Shown here piece by piece: positions 1-8,542 of a stretch of 64,000 bases of DNA (position 1 is its first letter; each line of letters starts with the position of its first letter). The translations under genes were made by a program, and so were the position numbers. Below the pieces are notes generated by a model. It saw nothing but the letters and a program-made list of their open reading frames with translations. It was not told the origin of the DNA and made no database searches. The DNA is taken from assembly GCA_002688415.1 (NCBI GenBank), contig NZCX01000021.1, forward strand, positions 6,660 through 70,659. Direction: 5' to 3'. This DNA comes from Candidatus Pacearchaeota archaeon (GTDB lineage: Archaea > Nanobdellota > Nanobdellia > Pacearchaeales > GW2011-AR1).

Positions 1-490
1 GACAGTGGACTCGGTCCCCAGAATGGACATACCGAAAGGCTTCTCATATAGATCATTTTTAAGCATAAGAGCAGAATGGGCCCTTGGATTATCGCGATAC
101 ATTTTAATCTCCTCACAAATAACGTTCCCTTCTCTCTCAACATCTTCTAGCGGAAAAATAGGATTGAAAAAGATGTCCCCGATAACGTCTATTGCAATCT
201 CAAGATGCTTACTGGGAAGCCTTACGTGATAAGCCGTCATTTCCTCAGAAGTGAATGCATTCAACTCACCCCCCTTACTCTCAAGCTCTTTTGCTACTTC
301 CTCTGTTGTTCTTTTTTCAGTTCCCTTAAAACAAAGATGTTCCATAAAATGCGAAATGCCCTTCTCTTCCTCAGACTCATACATAGCACCATATTGCACA
401 CCCATCATAACAGTAGTAACTGGAACGTCCCTTTCTTCATGAATTATAGTAAGGCCATTGCTCAAAACAGCTCGGTTGAATCTTGCCATT
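1..490 (-). CDS. M16-family zinc peptidase (insulinase-like), N-terminal part; 3' end runs off window
   Basis: Reverse-strand translation from ATG at 488-490 gives MARFNRAVLSNGLTIIHEE...GISHFMEHLCFKGTEKR. It carries the inverted zinc motif HxxEH (HFMEH) typical of M16 peptidases. The frame stays open to position 1. Confidence 0.7.
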
Positions 491-511
491 TAAAGAAATG
501 AACAGATCCCC

Positions 512-1270
512 TTAAATACCTTTCCCAATAATAATCAGTTTTTCATTATCGATATCTGTATTCTTTTTTATCTCAAAGTTTTTTTCTAAAAATTTAACAA
601 GCCATGTTCGCTGAGCTTCAAATCTTTTTCTGCCAGAAATACTTTTTAGAGGCATTGTTATAACGATAAAATCTTCTTTAGATAAGATTCGCCTTAAAGA
701 TAAAAGAAAGTCTTTGGAGAAATCTCTCTTTATATTTTCTAGCGCATCAACTATCTGCAACATTAAAATTATTTTTCTGCCACTAATATGTGAAAGATGT
801 TTCTTGACAAAATCTCCTTCCGATATATCTTTATGCAAGACGCGTGCTTTCGCAAGTTTATTTTCAAAGAAATAGACATTAGTTTTATCTACCAATTGTC
901 CTGCAGCTTCAAATCCAATGTAATTGACATCTCCAAAATATTTTGTTAAAAAATTATAAGAAAATCCATTGATCCCTGCCCCTAAATCAACGATATTTTT
1001 TACAGCACCTGAAACCTCTGAAATCGCTTCATAAAATTTACTATAATCACGATTTTTTGAGGATATGTGGTTCCTAAGAATAGATTCGTCGTTTTTCTTC
1101 AAAACTTTGTTGGTTAAAAATACTCCTAAAAATTTTCTGATATCGGAGCGGGTTTCTTTAATGTTTAATTTATTTTTTCTTAAAAATTTCCAAACAAGCT
1201 CATCTGGAATTTTGGAAAATACTTTTTTCTTTTTGACCTCATCAATAAGGCTTTTATCCATTTTTAACAA
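512..1270 (-). CDS. Class I SAM-dependent methyltransferase (substrate unknown)
   Basis: 252 aa with a Rossmann motif-I-like VDLGAGINGFSYNF. Its 3' end overlaps the downstream GATase gene. Confidence 0.5.
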   Translation of the reverse strand: MLKMDKSLIDEVKKKKVFSKIPDELVWKFLRKNKLNIKETRSDIRKFLGVFLTNKVLKKNDESILRNHISSKNRDYSKFYEAISEVSGAVKNIVDLGAGINGFSYNFLTKYFGDVNYIGFEAAGQLVDKTNVYFFENKLAKARVLHKDISEGDFVKKHLSHISGRKIILMLQIVDALENIKRDFSKDFLLSLRRILSKEDFIVITMPLKSISGRKRFEAQRTWLVKFLEKNFEIKKNTDIDNEKLIIIGKGI

Positions 1271-1838
1271 ACTCCAAAATCATTTCCTTTTGCCTAACTT
1301 CTGGATGAAAAAGAACGCCGTAGATCTTTTTTTCTTTATGCTTAACCGCCTGTGGAATATGCACAGCATCACTAGATCTCATAAAAATCTTCCACGCATT
1401 TTCACTAAAGTCAACATACGAATTATGCAAGTGCCAGACTTCATATTCTCCTTCGTCAAAATCTTTCTCTAAGCCAAGAAAATCTTCGCTAACTTTTTCA
1501 TGGTAATAGCCAATTTCTTGATTTTTCTTTAGCTTTTCACCAAAGGTTACCCCGATGATTTGCATACCCGCACAGATTCCTAAAACTGGCTTGTCGGGAA
1601 AATTATCAAATAGCCATCTGAATTTATCGACATCTTCAATAAAATGGTTATCCCTTAAGCTAGTCCCACAAATAATCATATGAGTACATCTATTTAGAAT
1701 TCTTTCTGTAAGCTGTTTATAATGGCAAGTTTCATGATCTAATTTACTTTGCCTCAAAATTTCTTCAACAGGTCTCACAAATTCTAAGCCATGAAGCCTC
1801 TCTTTGCAAACATTCAACACTAAAACATTTTCATCCAT
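1254..1838 (-). CDS. guaAA: Class I glutamine amidotransferase, GMP synthase subunit A-like
   Basis: 194 aa, catalytic Cys motif GICAGMQ and His/Glu motif LFHPEV. The size matches archaeal GuaA subunit A. Confidence 0.7.
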   Translation of the reverse strand: MDENVLVLNVCKERLHGLEFVRPVEEILRQSKLDHETCHYKQLTERILNRCTHMIICGTSLRDNHFIEDVDKFRWLFDNFPDKPVLGICAGMQIIGVTFGEKLKKNQEIGYYHEKVSEDFLGLEKDFDEGEYEVWHLHNSYVDFSENAWKIFMRSSDAVHIPQAVKHKEKKIYGVLFHPEVRQKEMILEFVKNG

Positions 1839-2505
1839 TTTTCAATTTTACCTCCCCTCGCCAACTGTTTCCCGCACCAACTGCCTTAATATCATTAACA
1901 CCCAGGGGTTTCTTAAATAATGGGCAATTAACAACCAAACTTTCAAACTCTCCCCCCTCACCGGCGGGATTAATTCTCAATCTTTTATGAACCTTCCCGA
2001 TATCCTCAACAAACTTCTTGTCAATCTTTCTTCCGATCATCTTCCCATCAAATGGATATGCAAACACCCCAACAATTCTCATATCAAAACCTGATTCAAT
2101 TAATTCATCTAACAATTCCCACTGGTTCTTTTGCCAAAGAGGATTAAAGCACTGAACTTCCAATTTATCACAAATTTCTTGAACACGAGAAGCCTGGTAA
2201 ACACTTTCAACAGCTCCGGTAACAATACCGTCGATATTATATCTTTCTATTGCATCTTTAATCAATTCTTCTAAATCAAAAAGCTCTAACTCCTTCTTTC
2301 CATTGGTCTTCCGAAGTAAAAATGGAACATCGGCCAGTTTTGATTGGAGCTTTGTTAACTTAATCGCTGGTGTGTGAAACATAAAGCTATTCTCGTTTTC
2401 CGAATCAACTGTCAAAAAACAAGCCAGCTCATGCCCTGCTCGTTTTGCTAAAAGGGCAGCATACGTAGAATCTTTCCCTCCACTAAAAAGTACGCCCAAT
2501 TTCAT
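1831..2505 (-). CDS. PP-loop ATPase of the MJ0570/Dph6 (diphthine-ammonia ligase) family
   Basis: N-terminal SGGKDS PP-loop immediately after Met1 (MKLGVLFSGGKDSTYA). 224 aa is too short for GuaA-B. Confidence 0.55.
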   Translation of the reverse strand: MKLGVLFSGGKDSTYAALLAKRAGHELACFLTVDSENENSFMFHTPAIKLTKLQSKLADVPFLLRKTNGKKELELFDLEELIKDAIERYNIDGIVTGAVESVYQASRVQEICDKLEVQCFNPLWQKNQWELLDELIESGFDMRIVGVFAYPFDGKMIGRKIDKKFVEDIGKVHKRLRINPAGEGGEFESLVVNCPLFKKPLGVNDIKAVGAGNSWRGEVKLKNG

Positions 2506-2547
2506 AAAATGTTAAAAAAGAGGAGGTTTAAGAATTTAATTGTTGAT

Positions 2548-2808
2548 CTAATTGAGGTTAAACTTAACTCCACCTATTCGCGAAGCAACAATGTTATATA
2601 TCCAACCACAAAGAATTCCACCGACCCATCCAGAAAGTCCAAGAGAGATAATCGCTATAGGAAGAACTGTAAAATCCCATATAGCAAGATTCACGTAATT
2701 ATCCAACAAAAGCAAGATCCCATACAAGAAACCCAAAACAAGATATAACAATCCCATAACATTCGCAAGAGAAAGAACATCAACACTCTTTAAAGTTTTT
2801 CTGACCAT
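2548..2808 (-). CDS. Small hydrophobic membrane protein (2-3 TM), hypothetical
   Basis: 86-aa ORF, strongly hydrophobic; no recognisable motif. Confidence 0.3.
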   Translation of the reverse strand: MVRKTLKSVDVLSLANVMGLLYLVLGFLYGILLLLDNYVNLAIWDFTVLPIAIISLGLSGWVGGILCGWIYNIVASRIGGVKFNLN

Positions 2809-2858
2809 AAATCATCAGACAAAAGAAAGTTTATAAAGATTTCCATCTGGATAATATA

Positions 2859-3779
2859 ATGGCATCAACAAACCAATCACCTTTCTATCAGAGAGCAGAA
2901 GAGGACTTCAGAACAGCAACCACAGACGAAGAAAGAATCGCATGCTTAGAAATTATGATGAAAGAGTGCCCAAAGCATAAATCATCAGAAAACATGAGGC
3001 GAAACCTCACAAACAGACTAAAAAAGCTGACGGAAGGTGTTGAGAGAAGAAAAAAGGCCGGGAAAGGCTCGAGAGAAGGAATCAAGAAGAATGATATGCA
3101 ATGTACATTAATCGGATTACCAAATTCTGGCAAATCAACATTATTTAATCTGCTAACAACTAAAAAACTAAAAAGCAAGGTATCGCCACACCAATTCACG
3201 ACTCACTCACCAATACTGGGAATAATAGAATATGAAGATGCAAGGATTCAGCTCATAGACGATGCACCAATACCAAATCAGGACAAATCTTTAGTAAATT
3301 CCACCGATACGTTACTAATTATTTTTGAAAACCTAAATCAAATAAGAGACCTGGAAAGAGCCATCTGGAAGTCAAAGGCAAAAAAGATTTGGATTCTGAA
3401 TAAGGTGGATTCACTAACCGATATGGAGCGAAGAAAAATAAAAGCTACTCTGAGGTCAAAATATAAAAAATTAGACTTCATATTTTTTTCTAATAAGGAA
3501 AGCCAGCTAAAAATAAAAGAATTGAAAAAGAAAATCTTCGAGAGCTTCCCGATTATAAGAATCTACACGAAAGAACCTGGGAAAATCCCAACGAAGGAGC
3601 CCATGATCTTGAAAAAAGATTCTAACATAAAAGAAGCAGCGGAAAAAATAAGAAAAAACTTTTCGAAGCAAATTAAGACTTCCAGAATCTGGGGTCCATC
3701 ATCTAAGTTTGGTGGACAAACAGTAGGAATAGACCATATTCTAAAAGACAAAGACACTATAGAATTTCATACAAAATGA
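2859..3779 (+). CDS. DRG-type (Obg/HflX superfamily) GTPase with C-terminal TGS domain
   Basis: P-loop GLPNSGKST. The C-terminus (IRIYTKEPGKIPTKEPMILKKDSNIKEAAEKIRKNF...IWGPSSKFGGQTVGIDHILKDKDTIEF) aligns by eye to the DRG TGS region. The N-terminal helix resembles the DRG N-terminus. At 306 aa it is compact. Confidence 0.75.
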   Translation: MASTNQSPFYQRAEEDFRTATTDEERIACLEIMMKECPKHKSSENMRRNLTNRLKKLTEGVERRKKAGKGSREGIKKNDMQCTLIGLPNSGKSTLFNLLTTKKLKSKVSPHQFTTHSPILGIIEYEDARIQLIDDAPIPNQDKSLVNSTDTLLIIFENLNQIRDLERAIWKSKAKKIWILNKVDSLTDMERRKIKATLRSKYKKLDFIFFSNKESQLKIKELKKKIFESFPIIRIYTKEPGKIPTKEPMILKKDSNIKEAAEKIRKNFSKQIKTSRIWGPSSKFGGQTVGIDHILKDKDTIEFHTK

Positions 3780-4069
3780 GCCAGGAAAAACTGATCAAAT
3801 TGCTATTGTTCCTAACAATTCTTGGAATACTCTTTATACTAATTTTTGCTCAAAATCAAAAACCAATTGCAGAAGGAATAATTTCTGAAATTAAAACTAC
3901 AGAAAAACAGACAAGAATTACCATAAATGATGAATCAAGAGATATAATACTTTTTGAAAGTTCAAACCTTGATTTAGCAAAAGGACAAGAGATTAGGGTT
4001 TATGGGAGAGAAGATACTTATAGAAATAATAAACAAATCATTGCAGACAGAATAGAGGCTTTGAAATGA
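3776..4069 (+). CDS. Small N-terminally membrane-anchored protein, hypothetical
   Basis: 97 aa with one N-terminal TM. ATGA start/stop overlap with the DRG gene and with the downstream permease. Confidence 0.4.
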   Translation: MSQEKLIKLLLFLTILGILFILIFAQNQKPIAEGIISEIKTTEKQTRITINDESRDIILFESSNLDLAKGQEIRVYGREDTYRNNKQIIADRIEALK

Positions 4070-5262
4070 TTTTTGAAATCATCCTGGCTATTTTGCTAGG
4101 GATACTTTTTGGAACATTCACCGGCCTAATCCCTGGAATCCACACAAATCTAATCGCCTTGATTATGCTAAGCCTTTCGGCAACTGTCCTAATTGGACTA
4201 GATAATCTTGTTTTGGCGATTTTTATCGTTGCAATGGCAACAACGCATTCGTTTCTAGACTTTATTCCCTCAATTTACTTAGGCGCTCCAGATGAGGACA
4301 CGGCTCTATCTGTTCTACCTGGGCATAAATATCTTCTGGGGGGAAAGGCACATGCCGCGGTAAAGCTAACTTTGTTAGGTTCTGCTTCAGCAATTTTTTT
4401 ATTAACAATAGTCCTTCCATTTTTCTTTTTGATAGTACCTCTAACAATAGACTTTATAGAAAGAATGATGGCCTGGCTACTTATTTGGATTTCAATATTT
4501 TTAGTAACTGATACTAAGAATAAAACAAATAGTGTTCTTATTTTTATATTGGCAGGGGTTTTGGGAATTGGAACCCTCGGCCTAAATATGAGTGAACCCC
4601 TCCTGCCATTATTGACGGGATTATTCGGAACATCAACTATAATTTATTCGATTAAGCAAAATACAGTTCCTCCGAAACAGAAAGTCGGAAAATTAGAATT
4701 TAAAAAGAAAGAGCTAATAAAACCACTTATAACAACAATGATTGTCTCTCCAATATGTTCATTCCTACCAGGACTTGGGTCAAGTCAGGCAGCGATAATT
4801 GGGTCAAAGCTTTCAAAAAAAATATCTGAAGATCAGTTTTTAATTCTATTGGGAAGTATTAACACTCTCGTAATAAGCACTTCCTTCTTCACACTATATC
4901 TTATAGGAAAATCAAGAACAGGGGCGGCAAGTGCGATTTCTGAATTAATTACGATAACTCCACAGAACCTTTTATTTATTTCACTTGCAATGATAATAGC
5001 TGCATCAATTTCAATTCCTCTGACCATTCAACTATCAAAAAAGATTGCGAAAAATCTCCATAGAATAAATTATGACAAAACATCTAAAGTAATCTTGTTG
5101 CTTCTTGTGGCTATCACATTTGCTATCTCTGGATTTCTTGGTATTTTTGTTCTTATGGTATCAACATGTCTTGGGCTGCTTTGTACTTTAATAGGAGCAA
5201 GAAAGAGTCTCCTAATGGGCTGCCTTCTGATCCCAACGATATTGTTTTATTTCCCTTTCTAA
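4066..5262 (+). CDS. Polytopic membrane protein, possibly DUF112/TctA-like permease
   Basis: 398 aa, about 10 TM segments, repeated PG/GxG motifs (GLIPGIHTN, LPGLGSSQAAIIGS). Confidence 0.35.
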   Translation: MIFEIILAILLGILFGTFTGLIPGIHTNLIALIMLSLSATVLIGLDNLVLAIFIVAMATTHSFLDFIPSIYLGAPDEDTALSVLPGHKYLLGGKAHAAVKLTLLGSASAIFLLTIVLPFFFLIVPLTIDFIERMMAWLLIWISIFLVTDTKNKTNSVLIFILAGVLGIGTLGLNMSEPLLPLLTGLFGTSTIIYSIKQNTVPPKQKVGKLEFKKKELIKPLITTMIVSPICSFLPGLGSSQAAIIGSKLSKKISEDQFLILLGSINTLVISTSFFTLYLIGKSRTGAASAISELITITPQNLLFISLAMIIAASISIPLTIQLSKKIAKNLHRINYDKTSKVILLLLVAITFAISGFLGIFVLMVSTCLGLLCTLIGARKSLLMGCLLIPTILFYFPF

Positions 5263-5273
5263 AAAACTATTTT

Positions 5274-8200
5274 CTATTTGACTTCTATCTTCTCGGCCTT
5301 AACAACTCTAACGTTATTTGCGACAAATGCATCTCCAAACTCCTTGTTCTCAACAAACTTTCCGCTTAAAAGAACAGCGTCTCCTTCGTCAACCTTTTGC
5401 CCAATTAGGTGTTCCTCAAAATCTCTAGGAAAAACTGTGACCTTGCATTCCCCACTTCTATCTGAAATATCCATAAACGCCATATCTGCACCGCTCTTGG
5501 TTACTATTCTTGTGTACCTTTTCACGACACCAAAGACTTCTGCCTCAACATCGTGCTTAAGATTATTAAGACTTATGGCCCCGTTGCCATAGCTTCCAAA
5601 CGTATCCATTATATGTCCAGAAATGCAAACCCCCAATAACTCCTCTTCCAGACTTAACTTTTCACGAAGAGACATTGGTGGAAGATCAGAATATTCAATT
5701 TTGTTAGCAACTCCTCCGAATAATGTCATCTGCTTTTCTTTACCATCTGTTTTCTGAACATTAATATAAACTTCTAAAAGGCTGGCCCTATTAATCCCCA
5801 ACTCATCAAAACATCCAACCGAGATTAAACTATGGCACACTCTTTTGTTAACTTTGGACAAGTCAACACGATTAACAAAGTCTTGATAGTCTTTATACGG
5901 CCTACTGGCCAAAATGCTCTTTACAGCCTCACCGCCAACATTTTTGATTCCGGACAGACCGACACGGATTACTTTCTTTTTGGATCCATCTGAATTTTCA
6001 ACTTCAACAACACTAAATGACTCTTGGGAAGTATTGATATCTGGTGTCAAAATTTCAATACCTTCCTTTCTAGCTGCTTCCAGGTAAAATGCTAACTTCT
6101 CTGGATTGCCAACGGAAGATGAAATTGTCGCAGCATAAAATTCTACTGGGAAATATTTCTTTAGATAAGCAGTTCTATAACTAATTAATGCGTAGGCTGC
6201 AGCATGACTCTTATTGAAAGAGTATTCTGCGAATTTTACAATATCATCCCACAGCTGAGCAACTTTTTTTGGATCCATACCAGAATGCTCAACGCACCCC
6301 TCTTTAAATTGTGCCTCCATCTTCTCCATAAGATCCATTTTTTTCTTCCCAATGGCTTTTCTTAAAACATCAGAATCACCTCTAGAAAACCCTGCTAACG
6401 CCCTTGATAGCTGCATAACTTGTTCCTGATAAACCATTATGCCATATGTAGGTGCCAAAATCTTTTCTGCGTTCGGATGCGGATAAACAGGTTTGTCTCT
6501 ACCATGCTTTCGGTTCCCATAGACTTCCAAATACTGCATTGGCCCTGGGCGATAAAGAGCAACAATAGCGATAATATCATCAAAACACGTCGGCTGTACA
6601 GACCTCAATGTCTTCTTCATCCCTTCGCTTTCAATTTGAAAAACCCCATTCGTCTCACCGTGACGAAGCATCTTGTAAACATTGTCATCATCCATTGGGA
6701 TACCTTCAAGCCACTTTCCATCCTCCCCGATCGCGTCTAAAACCTTCTTAATAATGTTTAACGTTTCAAGTCCTAAAAAGTCAAATTTAACCAGTCCGTA
6801 TGTTTCTATATCGGGGCCTTCAACCTGAGTAATAACATCACCCTGTCGCCCATAGACAGGAAGATAATGAGAAATAGCCTCCCGCCCCCAAACTACCCCA
6901 CAGGCATGGACCCCCTTATGGCGCACACACCCCTCTAATCTTTTTGCAATATCAAAAATCTGCTCGTGTTTTTTTGCCAACTTCTGCAACTCTTCAGCAT
7001 CGGGAGTAAAATTACCGCCATCGGTTTTAGCATTTAAAGATTTTTCAATCGTTTTCTCACTGACCAATTTTGTAATAGCATTGGCCTCATCAAATGGAAT
7101 TCTAAAAACTCTCATGACATCTTTTAAGACCGCCTTGGCAGACATCGTACCAAACGTACCAATCATAGCAATTTTGTCTTCGCCGTATTTTTTCCGAACA
7201 TAATCAAGGACAATGTCCTTGTCTCCGAAATCTATATCAAAATCTGGCAAACTAATCCTGTCGGGATTCAGAAATCTTTCAAAAAGTAACCCCAACTTCA
7301 GAGGATCCAACTGTGTTATTCCTAAGCTATAGGCAACAATAGACCCTGCACCACTACCACGACCAGGGCCGACTTGACAAAACTTTTTAGCAGCCTGAAT
7401 GAAATCCGCAACAATCAAGAAATACGCCTCAAAGCCCATCTTCCCAATAACTCCCAATTCGAAATTCATTCTATCAATCGCCTCTTTATAATTATCTTCA
7501 TCGCCATAAATTCTATCAACACCATCTTTACACCACTTATACAAGTGCTCCTTATGGCTCATGCCATCAGGGGAATCAAAGTGTGGAAAAATCGGATCAC
7601 CCATCTCTAGTTCAACATTACACCTCTTGGCAACCTCCGAAGAAGCTTCAACATACTCTGGATTGCTTGGGAAAAGATTCAGAACCTCCTCCTCGCTCAT
7701 AACATGATACCCCTCTCCATCAAACCGAAAACGATTTGGATCGCTCATGTCTCCATTGGTTTGAATGGAAAGCATAACCTCATGAGCATAAGCATCGTCT
7801 GATTTCAAAAAGTGCGAATCTGTTGTAGCAACAATTTTTACGTCATATTCCTTTGACATTCTTTGATAAAACTCCATTACTTTTTTCTCTTCCGGAATAC
7901 TGTGGTTTTGAACTTCAAAGTAAAAATCCTCCTTTCCAAATATATCTAAATATTCTTCAATTAGCTTTTTTGCTGCTGGCTCGTTTCCTTCAATAACGGA
8001 CTGGGCAATATCATTAGCTATGCAAGCACTCATGCAAATCAGGCCCTTGGAATATTTTCTCAAAAGAGCCTTATCTACTCTGGGACGATAATAAAACCCT
8101 TCATTATTAGAAATAGAAACCAATTTTATAAGATTCTTATATCCCTCTAGGTCCTTTGCTAACAAGATAAGATGGAAATCTCTTTTGGTTCTCACTCTAG

Positions 8201-8438
8201 ACGTATGATCATCGCAGATATATGGTTCAAATCCAAAAATCAATTTAACCCCCTCTTTCTTGGCTAGATTGTACTTCTTTATCATAGCCCCCATGTTTCC
8301 ATGTTCTGTAATGGCAACCGTATCCATCCCGAGTTCTTTAAGCCGTGGGAACAGTTCTTTTATCTTAGTAGCACCATCAAGAAGACTGTATTCTGTGTGT
8401 AAATGCAAATGCGTAAATCCCATAAATAAAAAGAGCAT
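5274..8438 (-). CDS. dnaE: Bacterial-type DNA polymerase III alpha subunit (DnaE, family C), compact form
   Basis: N-terminal PHP domain (HLHLHTEYSLLDGA, ITEHGNMGA). Palm motifs with the catalytic Asp pair (LPDFDIDFGDKD) and third Asp (GLVKFDFLGLETL). GPGRGSGAGSIVAYSLGIT thumb motif, HhH and C-terminal OB fold. 1054 aa with no tau-binding tail. Confidence 0.85.
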   Translation of the reverse strand: MLFLFMGFTHLHLHTEYSLLDGATKIKELFPRLKELGMDTVAITEHGNMGAMIKKYNLAKKEGVKLIFGFEPYICDDHTSRVRTKRDFHLILLAKDLEGYKNLIKLVSISNNEGFYYRPRVDKALLRKYSKGLICMSACIANDIAQSVIEGNEPAAKKLIEEYLDIFGKEDFYFEVQNHSIPEEKKVMEFYQRMSKEYDVKIVATTDSHFLKSDDAYAHEVMLSIQTNGDMSDPNRFRFDGEGYHVMSEEEVLNLFPSNPEYVEASSEVAKRCNVELEMGDPIFPHFDSPDGMSHKEHLYKWCKDGVDRIYGDEDNYKEAIDRMNFELGVIGKMGFEAYFLIVADFIQAAKKFCQVGPGRGSGAGSIVAYSLGITQLDPLKLGLLFERFLNPDRISLPDFDIDFGDKDIVLDYVRKKYGEDKIAMIGTFGTMSAKAVLKDVMRVFRIPFDEANAITKLVSEKTIEKSLNAKTDGGNFTPDAEELQKLAKKHEQIFDIAKRLEGCVRHKGVHACGVVWGREAISHYLPVYGRQGDVITQVEGPDIETYGLVKFDFLGLETLNIIKKVLDAIGEDGKWLEGIPMDDDNVYKMLRHGETNGVFQIESEGMKKTLRSVQPTCFDDIIAIVALYRPGPMQYLEVYGNRKHGRDKPVYPHPNAEKILAPTYGIMVYQEQVMQLSRALAGFSRGDSDVLRKAIGKKKMDLMEKMEAQFKEGCVEHSGMDPKKVAQLWDDIVKFAEYSFNKSHAAAYALISYRTAYLKKYFPVEFYAATISSSVGNPEKLAFYLEAARKEGIEILTPDINTSQESFSVVEVENSDGSKKKVIRVGLSGIKNVGGEAVKSILASRPYKDYQDFVNRVDLSKVNKRVCHSLISVGCFDELGINRASLLEVYINVQKTDGKEKQMTLFGGVANKIEYSDLPPMSLREKLSLEEELLGVCISGHIMDTFGSYGNGAISLNNLKHDVEAEVFGVVKRYTRIVTKSGADMAFMDISDRSGECKVTVFPRDFEEHLIGQKVDEGDAVLLSGKFVENKEFGDAFVANNVRVVKAEKIEVK

Positions 8439-8542
8439 CTTTTGTTTAAATTCATTATGGTGATAAAATATGTAGAATCACTCCAAAGTTGAACATGGGA
8501 TTATAATTAATGAGTTAAAACAAAAGCCTCTATGGCCCGCAC

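Noticed and set aside
5278-5592. 104-aa plus ORF and other small ORFs overlapping dnaE (6420-6740, 7374-7610)
   Set aside because: Antisense to an intact, motif-complete dnaE reading frame.
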